A stretch of DNA of 64,000 nucleotides from Vreelandella subglaciescola (lineage in GTDB: Bacteria; Pseudomonadota; Gammaproteobacteria; Pseudomonadales; Halomonadaceae), in assembly GCA_030454225.1 (NCBI GenBank), contig JAKDRW010000002.1, positions 4,787-68,786 of the forward strand, read 5' to 3'. The stretch's first letter is position 1; the number at the start of each line of letters is the position of its first letter. Below the pieces are notes generated by a model. That model ran no database searches and was not told the DNA's origin. It worked only from the letters and a program-made list of their open reading frames with translations. Shown here one piece after another: positions 55,664 to 64,000 of this stretch. The translations under genes were made by a program, and so were the position numbers.

Positions 55664-56767
55664 GTGACACAGCATACGCCTCAACAACGTGTCTTGATCA
55701 TGGCCGGCGGCACCGGCGGCCACGTCATCCCCGCGCTGTCGCTTGCCCGGGCGCTTGAGGCGCAGGGCGTCGTCGTCGAGTGGCTGGGCAGCCCGCGGGG
55801 GATTGAAAATCGGCTGGTCCCCGAGGCGGGATTTCCCCTGCATCAAATCCGCGTCAGCGGGCTGCGCGGCAATGGCCTGGCCGGCTGGCTGAAAGCCCCG
55901 CTCAACCTGTCGCTTGCGGTAAGCCAGGCGCGCCGGATTGTGCGTCGCTTTAAGCCGCAGGTGGTAGTAGGGCTCGGCGGCTTTGCCAGCGGCCCCGGCG
56001 GGCTTGCCGCCAAGCTTTGCGGCGTGCCTTTGGTGATCCACGAGCAAAACGCCGTGGCGGGACTTACCAACCGCGTGCTGTCGCGCTTGGCGCAACGCAC
56101 TTACGCGGCGTTTCCCCAGGCGTTTGGCGAGCGCGCCTGGGTGATTGGCAACCCGGTGCGGGCGGATATCGCCACGCTGGGAGAGACGCTACGCAGCGCC
56201 GCTGAGATGCACAGGCGCCACCTGCGGCTGTTGGTCGTGGGTGGTTCGCTGGGGGCAGTGGCGCTCAATGAACGGCTGGCGCCGGCGCTTGCCCAACTGC
56301 CTGCGCCGCAGCGTCCCGAGGTCTGGCACCAGGCGGGTCGCGCGCGCGACGGCGCCACCCGCGAGCATTACTCTCGCGAGGGTGTCGATGCCCGGGTTAG
56401 CGCCTTTATTGACGATATGGCCGAGGCCTACGCCTGGGCTGACCTGGTCGTTTGCCGCGCCGGCGCGCTGACCGTCGCCGAGCTTGCCGCGGCGGCCAAG
56501 CCGGCGCTGTTTGTACCGTTTCCTCACGCGGTCGATGATCATCAAACCCTTAACGCTCAGGTGCTGGTGAAAGCCGGCGCGGCGCGCTGCATGCGCCAAA
56601 GCGCGCTGACCCAGACGAATCTGGTGGCGGCGCTTGGCGAGCTTTTATCGCCCGGTGTACTGGCCGGTATGGCCACGCAGGCGCGCCAGGCGGCGCATCT
56701 GGATGCTACCGAGCAGTTAATGCAAGGCTGTTTGGCCCTTGCCAAGAAGGAGAGTGTGCGTGACTGA
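55664..56767 (+). CDS. murG: Lipid II GlcNAc transferase
   Basis: AGGTGGH, HEQN, GNPVR, GGSLGA, RAGALT and DDHQ..NA motifs; GTG start after GGGAG. Confidence 0.97.
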   Translation: MTQHTPQQRVLIMAGGTGGHVIPALSLARALEAQGVVVEWLGSPRGIENRLVPEAGFPLHQIRVSGLRGNGLAGWLKAPLNLSLAVSQARRIVRRFKPQVVVGLGGFASGPGGLAAKLCGVPLVIHEQNAVAGLTNRVLSRLAQRTYAAFPQAFGERAWVIGNPVRADIATLGETLRSAAEMHRRHLRLLVVGGSLGAVALNERLAPALAQLPAPQRPEVWHQAGRARDGATREHYSREGVDARVSAFIDDMAEAYAWADLVVCRAGALTVAELAAAAKPALFVPFPHAVDDHQTLNAQVLVKAGAARCMRQSALTQTNLVAALGELLSPGVLAGMATQARQAAHLDATEQLMQGCLALAKKESVRD

Positions 56768-58247
56768 ATTGACCTGCGATGCCGTCGCCCCAAGTACCGG
56801 CGGGCGCTTTAAAGGCCCGAGCATGCGGCGTATCCGGCGGCTGCATTTTATCGGCATTGGCGGCGCGGGAATGTGCGGCATTGCCGAAGTGTTGGCCAAC
56901 CAGGGGTATTGTGTCAGCGGTAGCGACGTCAAAACGTCGCCGGTAATCGAGCGCTTGCGCGAGTGCGGCGTCACGGTCGCCATGGGGCATGCGCAGGCTA
57001 ACGTCGAAGGCGCCGACGTGGTGGTGGTGTCGAGCGCTGTGGATGGCTCCAATCCGGAAATCCGCTGGGCCAACGACAACCGCGTACCGGTGGTGCGCCG
57101 CGCCGAAATGCTCGCCGAGCTGATGCGCTTTCGCCACGGCATTGCGGTGGCAGGCACCCACGGCAAAACTACCACCACCAGCCTGACGGCGACGCTGCTG
57201 GCCGAAGGCGGGCTGGACCCGACCTTTGTCATCGGTGGTAAGCTCACCAGTGCCGGCACAAATGCACGCCTGGGCGAAGGCGACTATTTGGTCGCCGAGG
57301 CCGATGAGTCCGACGCCTCGTTTTTGCACCTGCAGCCGCTGGTGTCGATCGTGACCAATATCGATGCCGACCATATGGCTACCTACGGCAACGATTTCGA
57401 GCGGCTGAAAAACACCTTTCTCGATTTTTTGCATAACCTGCCGTTTTACGGCCTGGCCGTGCTATGCATTGACGATGCCCATGTGCGTAAGCTGTGCCCG
57501 CAGGTGAAACGCCACTTTGTCACCTATGGCTTTGACCACGGCGCCGACTATCGCATCGTGGGCTTTGCCCAGCAGGGCGGCGAGGTGCGCTTTACCGCGC
57601 TGCGCCCCGAAGGCGAGCCGCTGGCTGTTTGCCTGGCGATGCCGGGACGCCACAATGCGCTGAACGCCATGGCGGCGATTGTGATAGCAAGCGATGCCGG
57701 CGTTAGCGACGCGGCGATTTTGCGCGGTCTGTCGAGCTTTGCCGGCGTGGGGCGGCGTTTTCAGGTGCACGGGCAGTTCGCGCTACCGCAGGGCACGGGA
57801 TCATCGGATACAGTGCCCGTCATGCTGGTGGACGACTATGGCCACCATCCGCGCGAGGTCGACATGGTTATTCAAGCGGTGCGCGCCGGCTGGCCCGAGC
57901 GGCGGCTGGTGATGCTCTACCAGCCGCATCGCTATACCCGTACCCGCGATCTATACGAGGATTTCGTGCGCGTGCTGTCGGGAGTTGACACGCTCTTGCT
58001 GCTCGACGTCTACAGCGCCGGTGAAGCCGTTATTCCCGGCGCTGACGGCCGCGCCCTTTCCGGCTCTATTCGCCAGCGTGGCGGGGTCGACCCCTTATTT
58101 ATCGAACACAAGCAGGAACTGCCTGCGCTGTTGGCCAACGTGCTGCACCCCGGCGATATCCTGATTGCCCAGGGCGCCGGGGATATCGGCGGAATTGCAC
58201 AAAATCTGGCAAATGCCCGGCTTAATTTTGACGAGGTGACACTGTGA
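56760..58247 (+). CDS. murC: UDP-MurNAc--L-Ala ligase (start 56760 or 56823)
   Basis: [35 protein letters not shown] and QPHRY motifs. Confidence 0.97.
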   Translation: MTELTCDAVAPSTGGRFKGPSMRRIRRLHFIGIGGAGMCGIAEVLANQGYCVSGSDVKTSPVIERLRECGVTVAMGHAQANVEGADVVVVSSAVDGSNPEIRWANDNRVPVVRRAEMLAELMRFRHGIAVAGTHGKTTTTSLTATLLAEGGLDPTFVIGGKLTSAGTNARLGEGDYLVAEADESDASFLHLQPLVSIVTNIDADHMATYGNDFERLKNTFLDFLHNLPFYGLAVLCIDDAHVRKLCPQVKRHFVTYGFDHGADYRIVGFAQQGGEVRFTALRPEGEPLAVCLAMPGRHNALNAMAAIVIASDAGVSDAAILRGLSSFAGVGRRFQVHGQFALPQGTGSSDTVPVMLVDDYGHHPREVDMVIQAVRAGWPERRLVMLYQPHRYTRTRDLYEDFVRVLSGVDTLLLLDVYSAGEAVIPGADGRALSGSIRQRGGVDPLFIEHKQELPALLANVLHPGDILIAQGAGDIGGIAQNLANARLNFDEVTL

Positions 58248-59200
58248 GCCAACACGCAACGCCTGCCGCACAGAGTGCCGACCACGACGTGGTCGTGGTC
58301 TACGGCGGCACGTCGGCCGAGCGCGACGTCTCTCTGCAGAGCGGCGCTGCCATCCTCGCCGCGCTCAAGCGCAGCGGCGTGCGCGCCGTAGGCTACGACC
58401 CTTACGAGCGCGGGTTGACCGGGCTTGAACAGCTGGCACCGGCCACGGTGTTTATCGCGCTGCACGGTCGCGGCGGTGAAGACGGCGCGCTGCAGGGCGC
58501 GCTTGAGCTGTTGGGTATTCCCTACACCGGCAGCGGCGTGATGGCTTCGGCGCTGGGGATGGATAAGCAGCGCACCAAGCAGGTATGGCAGGCGCTTGGC
58601 CTGCCGACGCCCGAATGCATCATGCTGGATGCGACTGCTGATTGGCACGGCGTGGCTGAAACGCTCGGATTGCCGCTGATCGTCAAACCGGTGCACGAGG
58701 GCTCAACGCTTGGCATCAGCATTGTCGGTAGCGTCGCCGAGCTGGCATCGGCCTACCAGGAAGCCGCCCGCTTTGATGCGCGGGTCATGGCGGAGCGCTT
58801 TATTCAGGGGGAAGAATATACCGTAGCGCTTCTGGGCGAGCGTGCGCTGCCGGCGATTCGCGTTGAAGTGCCGGGCGGTTTTTACGACTACAACGCCAAA
58901 TATTTGTCCAACACCACGCAGTACCATCTGCCCTGCGGGCTGAGTGACGCAGACGAGGCTGAACTCGCCGCGCTGTGCCAGAAAGCGTTCAGCGCAGTGG
59001 GCGGTGATGGCTGGGGGCGGGTAGACGTCATGCGCGACGCCCAGGGGCGCTTTTGGCTGATCGAAGTCAATACCGTGCCGGGCATGACCGACCACAGCCT
59101 GGTGCCCCAGGCAGCGGCGCATACCGGAATGGGGTTTGATCAGCTGGTGATGGAGATTCTGGCAACGGCGGGGCATCCGGGTCGCGATGCAACGGCGTAA
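58244..59200 (+). CDS. ddlB: D-alanine--D-alanine ligase
   Basis: GG.SAER.VSL.SG, LHG.GGEDG, EGS, YDY.AKY and EVNTVPGMT motifs. Confidence 0.96.
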   Translation: MSQHATPAAQSADHDVVVVYGGTSAERDVSLQSGAAILAALKRSGVRAVGYDPYERGLTGLEQLAPATVFIALHGRGGEDGALQGALELLGIPYTGSGVMASALGMDKQRTKQVWQALGLPTPECIMLDATADWHGVAETLGLPLIVKPVHEGSTLGISIVGSVAELASAYQEAARFDARVMAERFIQGEEYTVALLGERALPAIRVEVPGGFYDYNAKYLSNTTQYHLPCGLSDADEAELAALCQKAFSAVGGDGWGRVDVMRDAQGRFWLIEVNTVPGMTDHSLVPQAAAHTGMGFDQLVMEILATAGHPGRDATA

Positions 59201-59900
59201 CGTGGGAGTCGGCCTGCTGTTGCTTATGCTGCTGCTCGGCGCCGGTGGCCGGGCGCTGTGGCTGTGGCTGGATACGCCGATCGAGCGGGTATCGGTGCGC
59301 GGTGAGTGGGACTACGTAAGCGCAGACTATCTGCGCGATCAGCTGGCGCCGCTGGTGCGCGATGCGCGCTGGCTGTCGGTCGACCTTGAGGCCGTGCGCC
59401 AGGCGGCGCTGGGCATCGGGTGGCTCAAGGAGGTGCGCATTTCGCGGGAGTGGCCCGACGCTCTGACGTTCGAGCTTATCGAACAAACCCCCGTAGCGCG
59501 CTGGAATGACGATCAGCTGCTTAACGCTGACGGTATGCCGTTTGTTTTCGCGCCGTTAACTCCGCCCGTGGGGCTTCCCGATCTGGCCGGCCCCGCCGAT
59601 AGCAGCCAGGAGGTGCTGGCCTATTATCGCGAGCTTGGCAAGCGTACCGATGCGCTCGGGTTGACGCTTGACCAGCTACGCCTGGAGCCGCGCGGCGCCT
59701 GGCGGCTACAAACCGGCGACGGCGCGTGGATCATGCTGGGCCGCCGTCAGCATCAGGCGCGTCTCAAGCGCTTGAGCGCTTCATGGCAGCGTGAGCTTGG
59801 CCAGTATGCAGGGGCCATTCGGTATATTGATCTGCGCTATCCCAACGGCGTGGCGGTCGCCTGGCACGGCGAATCGGCCCAGGACGATAATGCGCCGTAA
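59187..59900 (+). CDS. ftsQ: Cell division protein FtsQ
   Basis: TM plus POTRA domain (R.WPD.L), P.ARW, LGR and YIDLRY.NG.AV.W motifs. Confidence 0.93.
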   Translation: MQRRNVGVGLLLLMLLLGAGGRALWLWLDTPIERVSVRGEWDYVSADYLRDQLAPLVRDARWLSVDLEAVRQAALGIGWLKEVRISREWPDALTFELIEQTPVARWNDDQLLNADGMPFVFAPLTPPVGLPDLAGPADSSQEVLAYYRELGKRTDALGLTLDQLRLEPRGAWRLQTGDGAWIMLGRRQHQARLKRLSASWQRELGQYAGAIRYIDLRYPNGVAVAWHGESAQDDNAP

Positions 59901-60183
59901 CACGGCAGTGACGCAAAGGTTAATTTGGTGTGGCGGGTAAGTGTTCACCAACGGTGCAAATGCCTGTTTTGGGGTTTAAATTCTCGGTTGTCCCCCGTAT
60001 TGTGGCGTTTGGCGGTCGTTATACGGTTTGACTTCCTATACTATAAGGCAGGCTGCGTCTGCGTTTCGCGCGGCGCCTGAGTAGCGTGGCGCTTATATTA
60101 TGCCGCGAAGGTAAGTAGCGCCCAAGTTTAGTGCGGCCGTTTTAGTCCGCGTATTCACGGTCATTAAGGAGATTTCCCGACTC

Positions 60184-61473
60184 ATGGCAGGCTCACCTAA
60201 CGTATCCAATATGGTGGTCGGGCTGGACATCGGAACGTCCAAGGTCGTCGCGATTGTCGGCCAGCCTACCGACGACGGTAGTATTGAGATTGCCGGGATA
60301 GGCTCCCACCCCTCGCACGGCATGAAGCGCGGTGTCGTGATCAATATTGAATCAACGGTGCAGTCTATTCAGCGCGCCGTTGAGGAAGCCGAATTAATGG
60401 CCGGCTGTGATATACACTCTGTTTATGTGGGTATTGCCGGCAGTCATATTAGTTCGATGAACTCCGACGGCGTTGTCGCCATTAAAGAGCGTGAAGTGAC
60501 CACCTCGGATATTGACCGGGTGATCGACTCGGCGCGTGCGCGGGCCATTTCCGAAGGCCAGCGCGTGCTGCATGTGCTGCCCCAGGAATTCTCCATCGAT
60601 GCGCAGGGCGGAATCCGGGAGCCGCTGGGAATGTCCGGCGTACGCCTGGAAGCGCAGGTGCATCTGGTGACGGCGGCGTCCAACGCGGTGCAAAACATCG
60701 AGAAATGCGTACGTCGCTGCGGTCTCGATGTCGATGCGATTATTTTGGAACAGCTCGCGTCGAGCATGTCGGTACTAACCGAAGACGAGCGCGAGCTGGG
60801 CGTGTGTATGGTCGATATCGGCGGGGGCACGACCGATATGGCGATTTTCACCGAAGGGGCGATTCGGCATACCGCGGTGATTCCCATCGCCGGCGATCAG
60901 GTAACCAATGATATTGCCATGGCGCTGCGCACGCCGACCCAGCACGCGGAAGAAATCAAGGTCAAATACGCCTGCGCGCTGACCGAGCTTGCCGCTAGCG
61001 ATGAAATGATTAAAGTGCCAAGCGTGGGCGATCGGCCGTCGCGGGATCTGTCGCGTCAAGCGCTTGCCGAAGTGGTCGAGCCGCGCTACGAAGAGCTTTT
61101 TACGCTGGTGAAAGAAGAGCTTCGCCGCAGCGGCTACCAGGATATGGTCGCGGCAGGGGTTGTGCTGACGGGAGGAACGGCGCGCATGGAAGGCGCAAGC
61201 GAGCTGGCCGAAGAGATCTTCCATATGCCGGTGCGTATTGCCTGCCCGCAAAATGTGAAGGGGCTTGCCGACGTCGTGCGTAACCCTATTTATGCGACGG
61301 GTGTCGGATTATTGCACTACGCTTTGCAGGAGGTGCGCCACGGCCATAGTCGCGAGGCGCATGCCGGCGTGCACGCGGCGTCGTCAGGGCGCGGCGATGC
61401 TTCCCGGCATGATGCCCAGAATGCTCAGACGCCGCTGGTGAGAATCAAGGGCTGGTTCAAAAGAAATTTCTGA
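60184..61473 (+). CDS. ftsA: Cell division protein FtsA
   Basis: [23 protein letters not shown] and C-terminal amphipathic [10 protein letters not shown]. Confidence 0.98.
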   Translation: MAGSPNVSNMVVGLDIGTSKVVAIVGQPTDDGSIEIAGIGSHPSHGMKRGVVINIESTVQSIQRAVEEAELMAGCDIHSVYVGIAGSHISSMNSDGVVAIKEREVTTSDIDRVIDSARARAISEGQRVLHVLPQEFSIDAQGGIREPLGMSGVRLEAQVHLVTAASNAVQNIEKCVRRCGLDVDAIILEQLASSMSVLTEDERELGVCMVDIGGGTTDMAIFTEGAIRHTAVIPIAGDQVTNDIAMALRTPTQHAEEIKVKYACALTELAASDEMIKVPSVGDRPSRDLSRQALAEVVEPRYEELFTLVKEELRRSGYQDMVAAGVVLTGGTARMEGASELAEEIFHMPVRIACPQNVKGLADVVRNPIYATGVGLLHYALQEVRHGHSREAHAGVHAASSGRGDASRHDAQNAQTPLVRIKGWFKRNF

Positions 61474-61507
61474 CAGGGTCGCAAATGCGGCTCAGGAGAC
61501 GGGGCTT

Positions 61508-62689
61508 ATGTTCGAATTGGTAGATAACGCACCCTCGAGCAGTGCGGTCATTAAAGTAGTGGGCGTTGGCGGCGGTGGGGGTAACGCCGTCAATCATATG
61601 GTCGAAAGCAGCATCGAAGGCGTCGAGTTCATCTGCGCCAATACCGACGCTCAGGCGCTCAAGCGCGTATCCGCCAAGACGGTCCTGCAGCTGGGTAGCG
61701 AGATTACCAAGGGGCTGGGTGCCGGCGCTAACCCCGAGGTGGGGCGCCAAGCCGCGATGGAAGACCGCGAGCGTATCGCTGAGCTGCTCGACGGCGCCGA
61801 CATGGTATTCATTACCGCCGGCATGGGCGGTGGTACGGGCACCGGCGGTGCCCCTGTCGTTGCCCAGGTGGCCAAAGAGCTGGGCATTTTGACCGTTGCC
61901 GTGGTTACGCGGCCCTTCCCGTTTGAAGGCCCCAAGCGTGCGCGCTCGGCCGAAGAGGGCATGCGCGAGCTTTCCGAGCACGTTGATTCGCTGATTACCA
62001 TTCCCAACGAAAAACTGCTGTCGGTGCTGGGCAAAAGTGCCACGCTGTTGACCGCGTTCAGCGCCGCCAACGATGTGTTGCTGGGCGCCGTCCAGGGGAT
62101 TGCCGAGTTGATCACCAGCCCCGGCATCATCAACGTCGACTTTGCCGATGTGCGTACGGTGATGTCGGAAATGGGTATGGCAATGATGGGCACTGGCGGC
62201 GCTACCGGCGAAAATCGCGCCCGCGAAGCGGCAGAGAAGGCCATTCGCAGCCCGCTGCTGGAAGATATCGACCTGCACGGGGCGCGCGGTATACTGGTCA
62301 ATATTACCGCGGGGCCGGATCTGTCGATTGGTGAATTCAACGACGTTGGCGCCACGGTTCAGGAGTTCGCTTCCCAGGAGGCGACGATCGTTGTGGGCAC
62401 GTCCATCGATATGGAAATGTCTGACGAGCTGCGCGTGACCGTTGTCGCGGCGGGGCTTGACGGCAGCCAGGCCGCCAAGGTGACCTCGCGCGAGCCTGCG
62501 CGGCGTACGGCTCAGGCTGAGACTGGCTCTGATTACCGCACCTTGCAGCAGCCAACCGTGATGCGCCAGCAGCAGGCCGCGGCTCGCGCCGAAGCGCCGG
62601 AAGCCAAGCCGCGGTCGGAAAAGCGTCGCGCCGCCGATACCGATGACTACCTGGATATCCCGGCATTCCTGCGCCGTCAGGCCGACTGA
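61508..62689 (+). CDS. ftsZ: Cell division protein FtsZ
   Basis: [19 protein letters not shown] and C-terminal [14 protein letters not shown]. Confidence 0.99.
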   Translation: MFELVDNAPSSSAVIKVVGVGGGGGNAVNHMVESSIEGVEFICANTDAQALKRVSAKTVLQLGSEITKGLGAGANPEVGRQAAMEDRERIAELLDGADMVFITAGMGGGTGTGGAPVVAQVAKELGILTVAVVTRPFPFEGPKRARSAEEGMRELSEHVDSLITIPNEKLLSVLGKSATLLTAFSAANDVLLGAVQGIAELITSPGIINVDFADVRTVMSEMGMAMMGTGGATGENRAREAAEKAIRSPLLEDIDLHGARGILVNITAGPDLSIGEFNDVGATVQEFASQEATIVVGTSIDMEMSDELRVTVVAAGLDGSQAAKVTSREPARRTAQAETGSDYRTLQQPTVMRQQQAAARAEAPEAKPRSEKRRAADTDDYLDIPAFLRRQAD

Positions 62690-62884
62690 TGCCGTCAGGC
62701 ATGCTTTGGCCTTACCCTGTGGCCGATCGTTTTTGCGGTGGAGTATGCTGATGTGGAGCACCCGGCGTTAAGAAAATATTAGCCGACGCGGCCGGGTGCT
62801 GCTAACATGAACACTGTTCGATAATTGTGGCCGATCCCTGTGCGCCGACAATCACTGGCAGCAGGCTGACGTTGGGCTAAGTGA

Positions 62885-62942
62885 TAGCGCCCGGCTGGTA
62901 TTTGATCATTAGCGCCCGGTTGGCGTTTGATCATTAGCGCCC
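62885..62942. repeat. 25-bp tandem direct repeat, about 2.3 copies
   Basis: TAGCGCCCGGCTGGTATTTGATCAT / TAGCGCCCGGTTGGCGTTTGATCAT / TAGCGCCC. Confidence 0.9.
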
Positions 62943-62986
62943 AATATCACCCTTTTATTATCTCATCAGAGTACCTACCGCTGCCC

Positions 62987-63898
62987 ATGATCAAACAACG
63001 CACGCTACAAAACATTATCCGCGCTACCGGAGTGGGGCTGCACTCTGGGCAAAAAGTCCATATGGCGCTACGCCCGGCACCGGTCAACACCGGTATCGTT
63101 TTTGTGCGCACAGATTTGCAGCCAGCGGTGGAGGTGCCCGCGGGAGCCAGCCTGGTGGAGGATACGGTGCTGTGCACGGCGCTTTCCCAACACGGGGTGA
63201 AAGTGGCGACCGTTGAGCACCTGATGTCGGCGCTTGCGGGGCTGGGTATCGATAACGCCTACGTCGACCTGAGCGCGGCAGAAGTGCCGATCATGGACGG
63301 TAGCGCCAGCCCCTTTGTGTTCTTGATTCAGTCCGCGGGGATCTGTGAGCAGAGCGCGGCGAAGAAGTTTATCCGCATCAAGCGCGAAGTCGCCGTGAGC
63401 GAGGGCGATAAGCAGGCTGTCTTTTTGCCGCACGACGGTTTCAAAGTGTCATTTTCGATTGATTTCGACCATCCGGTATTTAAGCAGCAAAAGCAGACCG
63501 CGCAGATCGACTTCTCGACCACGTCCTTCGTCAAGGATGTGTCGCGCGCGCGGACTTTCGGCTTTATGCGCGATATTGAGCGCCTGCGAGCCAATAATAT
63601 GGCGCTGGGCGGAAGCCTGGAAAATGCCGTCGTGGTGGATGATTACCGTATCGTCAACGACGGCGGGCTGCGCTACGACGACGAGTTCGTCAAGCACAAG
63701 GTGCTGGACGCTATTGGCGACCTGTACCAGCTGGGGCACAGCCTGATCGGCGAGTTTCGCGGCGTTAAATCGGGTCATGCGCTCAACAATCAGCTATGCC
63801 GCGAGCTTTTGGCCCAGCCGGATGCCTATGAAATCGTCACCTTCGAGGAAGAGGCGGCCGTCGCGCCCATTTCCTACGCCGCACCGGCCATGGCGTAG
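62987..63898 (+). CDS. lpxC: UDP-3-O-acyl-GlcNAc deacetylase
   Basis: MIKQRTL, G.GLHSG, TVEHL, PIMDGSA, RARTFGF, HK.LD.IGD and SGH..N motifs. Confidence 0.98.
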   Translation: MIKQRTLQNIIRATGVGLHSGQKVHMALRPAPVNTGIVFVRTDLQPAVEVPAGASLVEDTVLCTALSQHGVKVATVEHLMSALAGLGIDNAYVDLSAAEVPIMDGSASPFVFLIQSAGICEQSAAKKFIRIKREVAVSEGDKQAVFLPHDGFKVSFSIDFDHPVFKQQKQTAQIDFSTTSFVKDVSRARTFGFMRDIERLRANNMALGGSLENAVVVDDYRIVNDGGLRYDDEFVKHKVLDAIGDLYQLGHSLIGEFRGVKSGHALNNQLCRELLAQPDAYEIVTFEEEAAVAPISYAAPAMA

Positions 63899-63940
63899 GC
63901 GTTCCGGAGCTGCGTCCGGCCGATGTAAAGCGCTGTCGAT

Positions 63941-63978
63941 AAAAAAGCACGGCTTCCCAGAGGAGCCGTGCTTTTTTT
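63941..63978. terminator. Rho-independent terminator after lpxC, probably bidirectional
   Basis: A6-GCACGGCTTC..GGAGCCGTGC-T7. Confidence 0.9.
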
Positions 63979-64000
63979 ATGGCGCCGCGCCGTCTCGCTA

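Noticed and set aside
62885-62942. Possible mini-CRISPR array
   Set aside because: The units are contiguous with no unique spacers and there are no cas genes, so it is reported as a tandem repeat instead.

Overview
GC-rich gammaproteobacterial core-genome segment. The gene order and protein sequences resemble Halomonadaceae/Pseudomonas-type bacteria, which is an inference from recalled gene orders and not a database result. In order it carries: the probable 3' end of htpG, gpsA-sixA, gatCAB, mreBCD-rng-yhdP-tldD, darP(yjgA)/pmbA, the kdsD-kdsC-lptCAB-rpoN-hpf-ptsN-rapZ-npr operon, mlaFEDCB-ibaG-murA-hisGD, a DegS/AlgW protease, nif3, zapG/zapE, rplM-rpsI, petABC, sspAB, lpoA-yraN-gmhA-dolP, rsmI, the RNase P RNA (rnpB) and the dcw cluster from rsmH to lpxC. 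I see no mobile elements, CRISPR arrays, prophage or defence genes, and no multi-gene novel system that I can support. The only non-housekeeping gene is a 182-aa kinase-fold ORF with an altered catalytic loop, appended to the nitrogen-PTS operon. The other unusual signals are: mraZ missing so that rnpB abuts rsmH; maf replaced by a 19-aa coupled mini-ORF; no carbon-nitrogen hydrolase between yhdP and tldD; a short LpoA; a probable ATT start for mreC; a 25-bp tandem repeat upstream of lpxC; and a Pro-rich tail on AlgW. Together these suggest a streamlined lineage. All homology calls come from motif recognition by eye.
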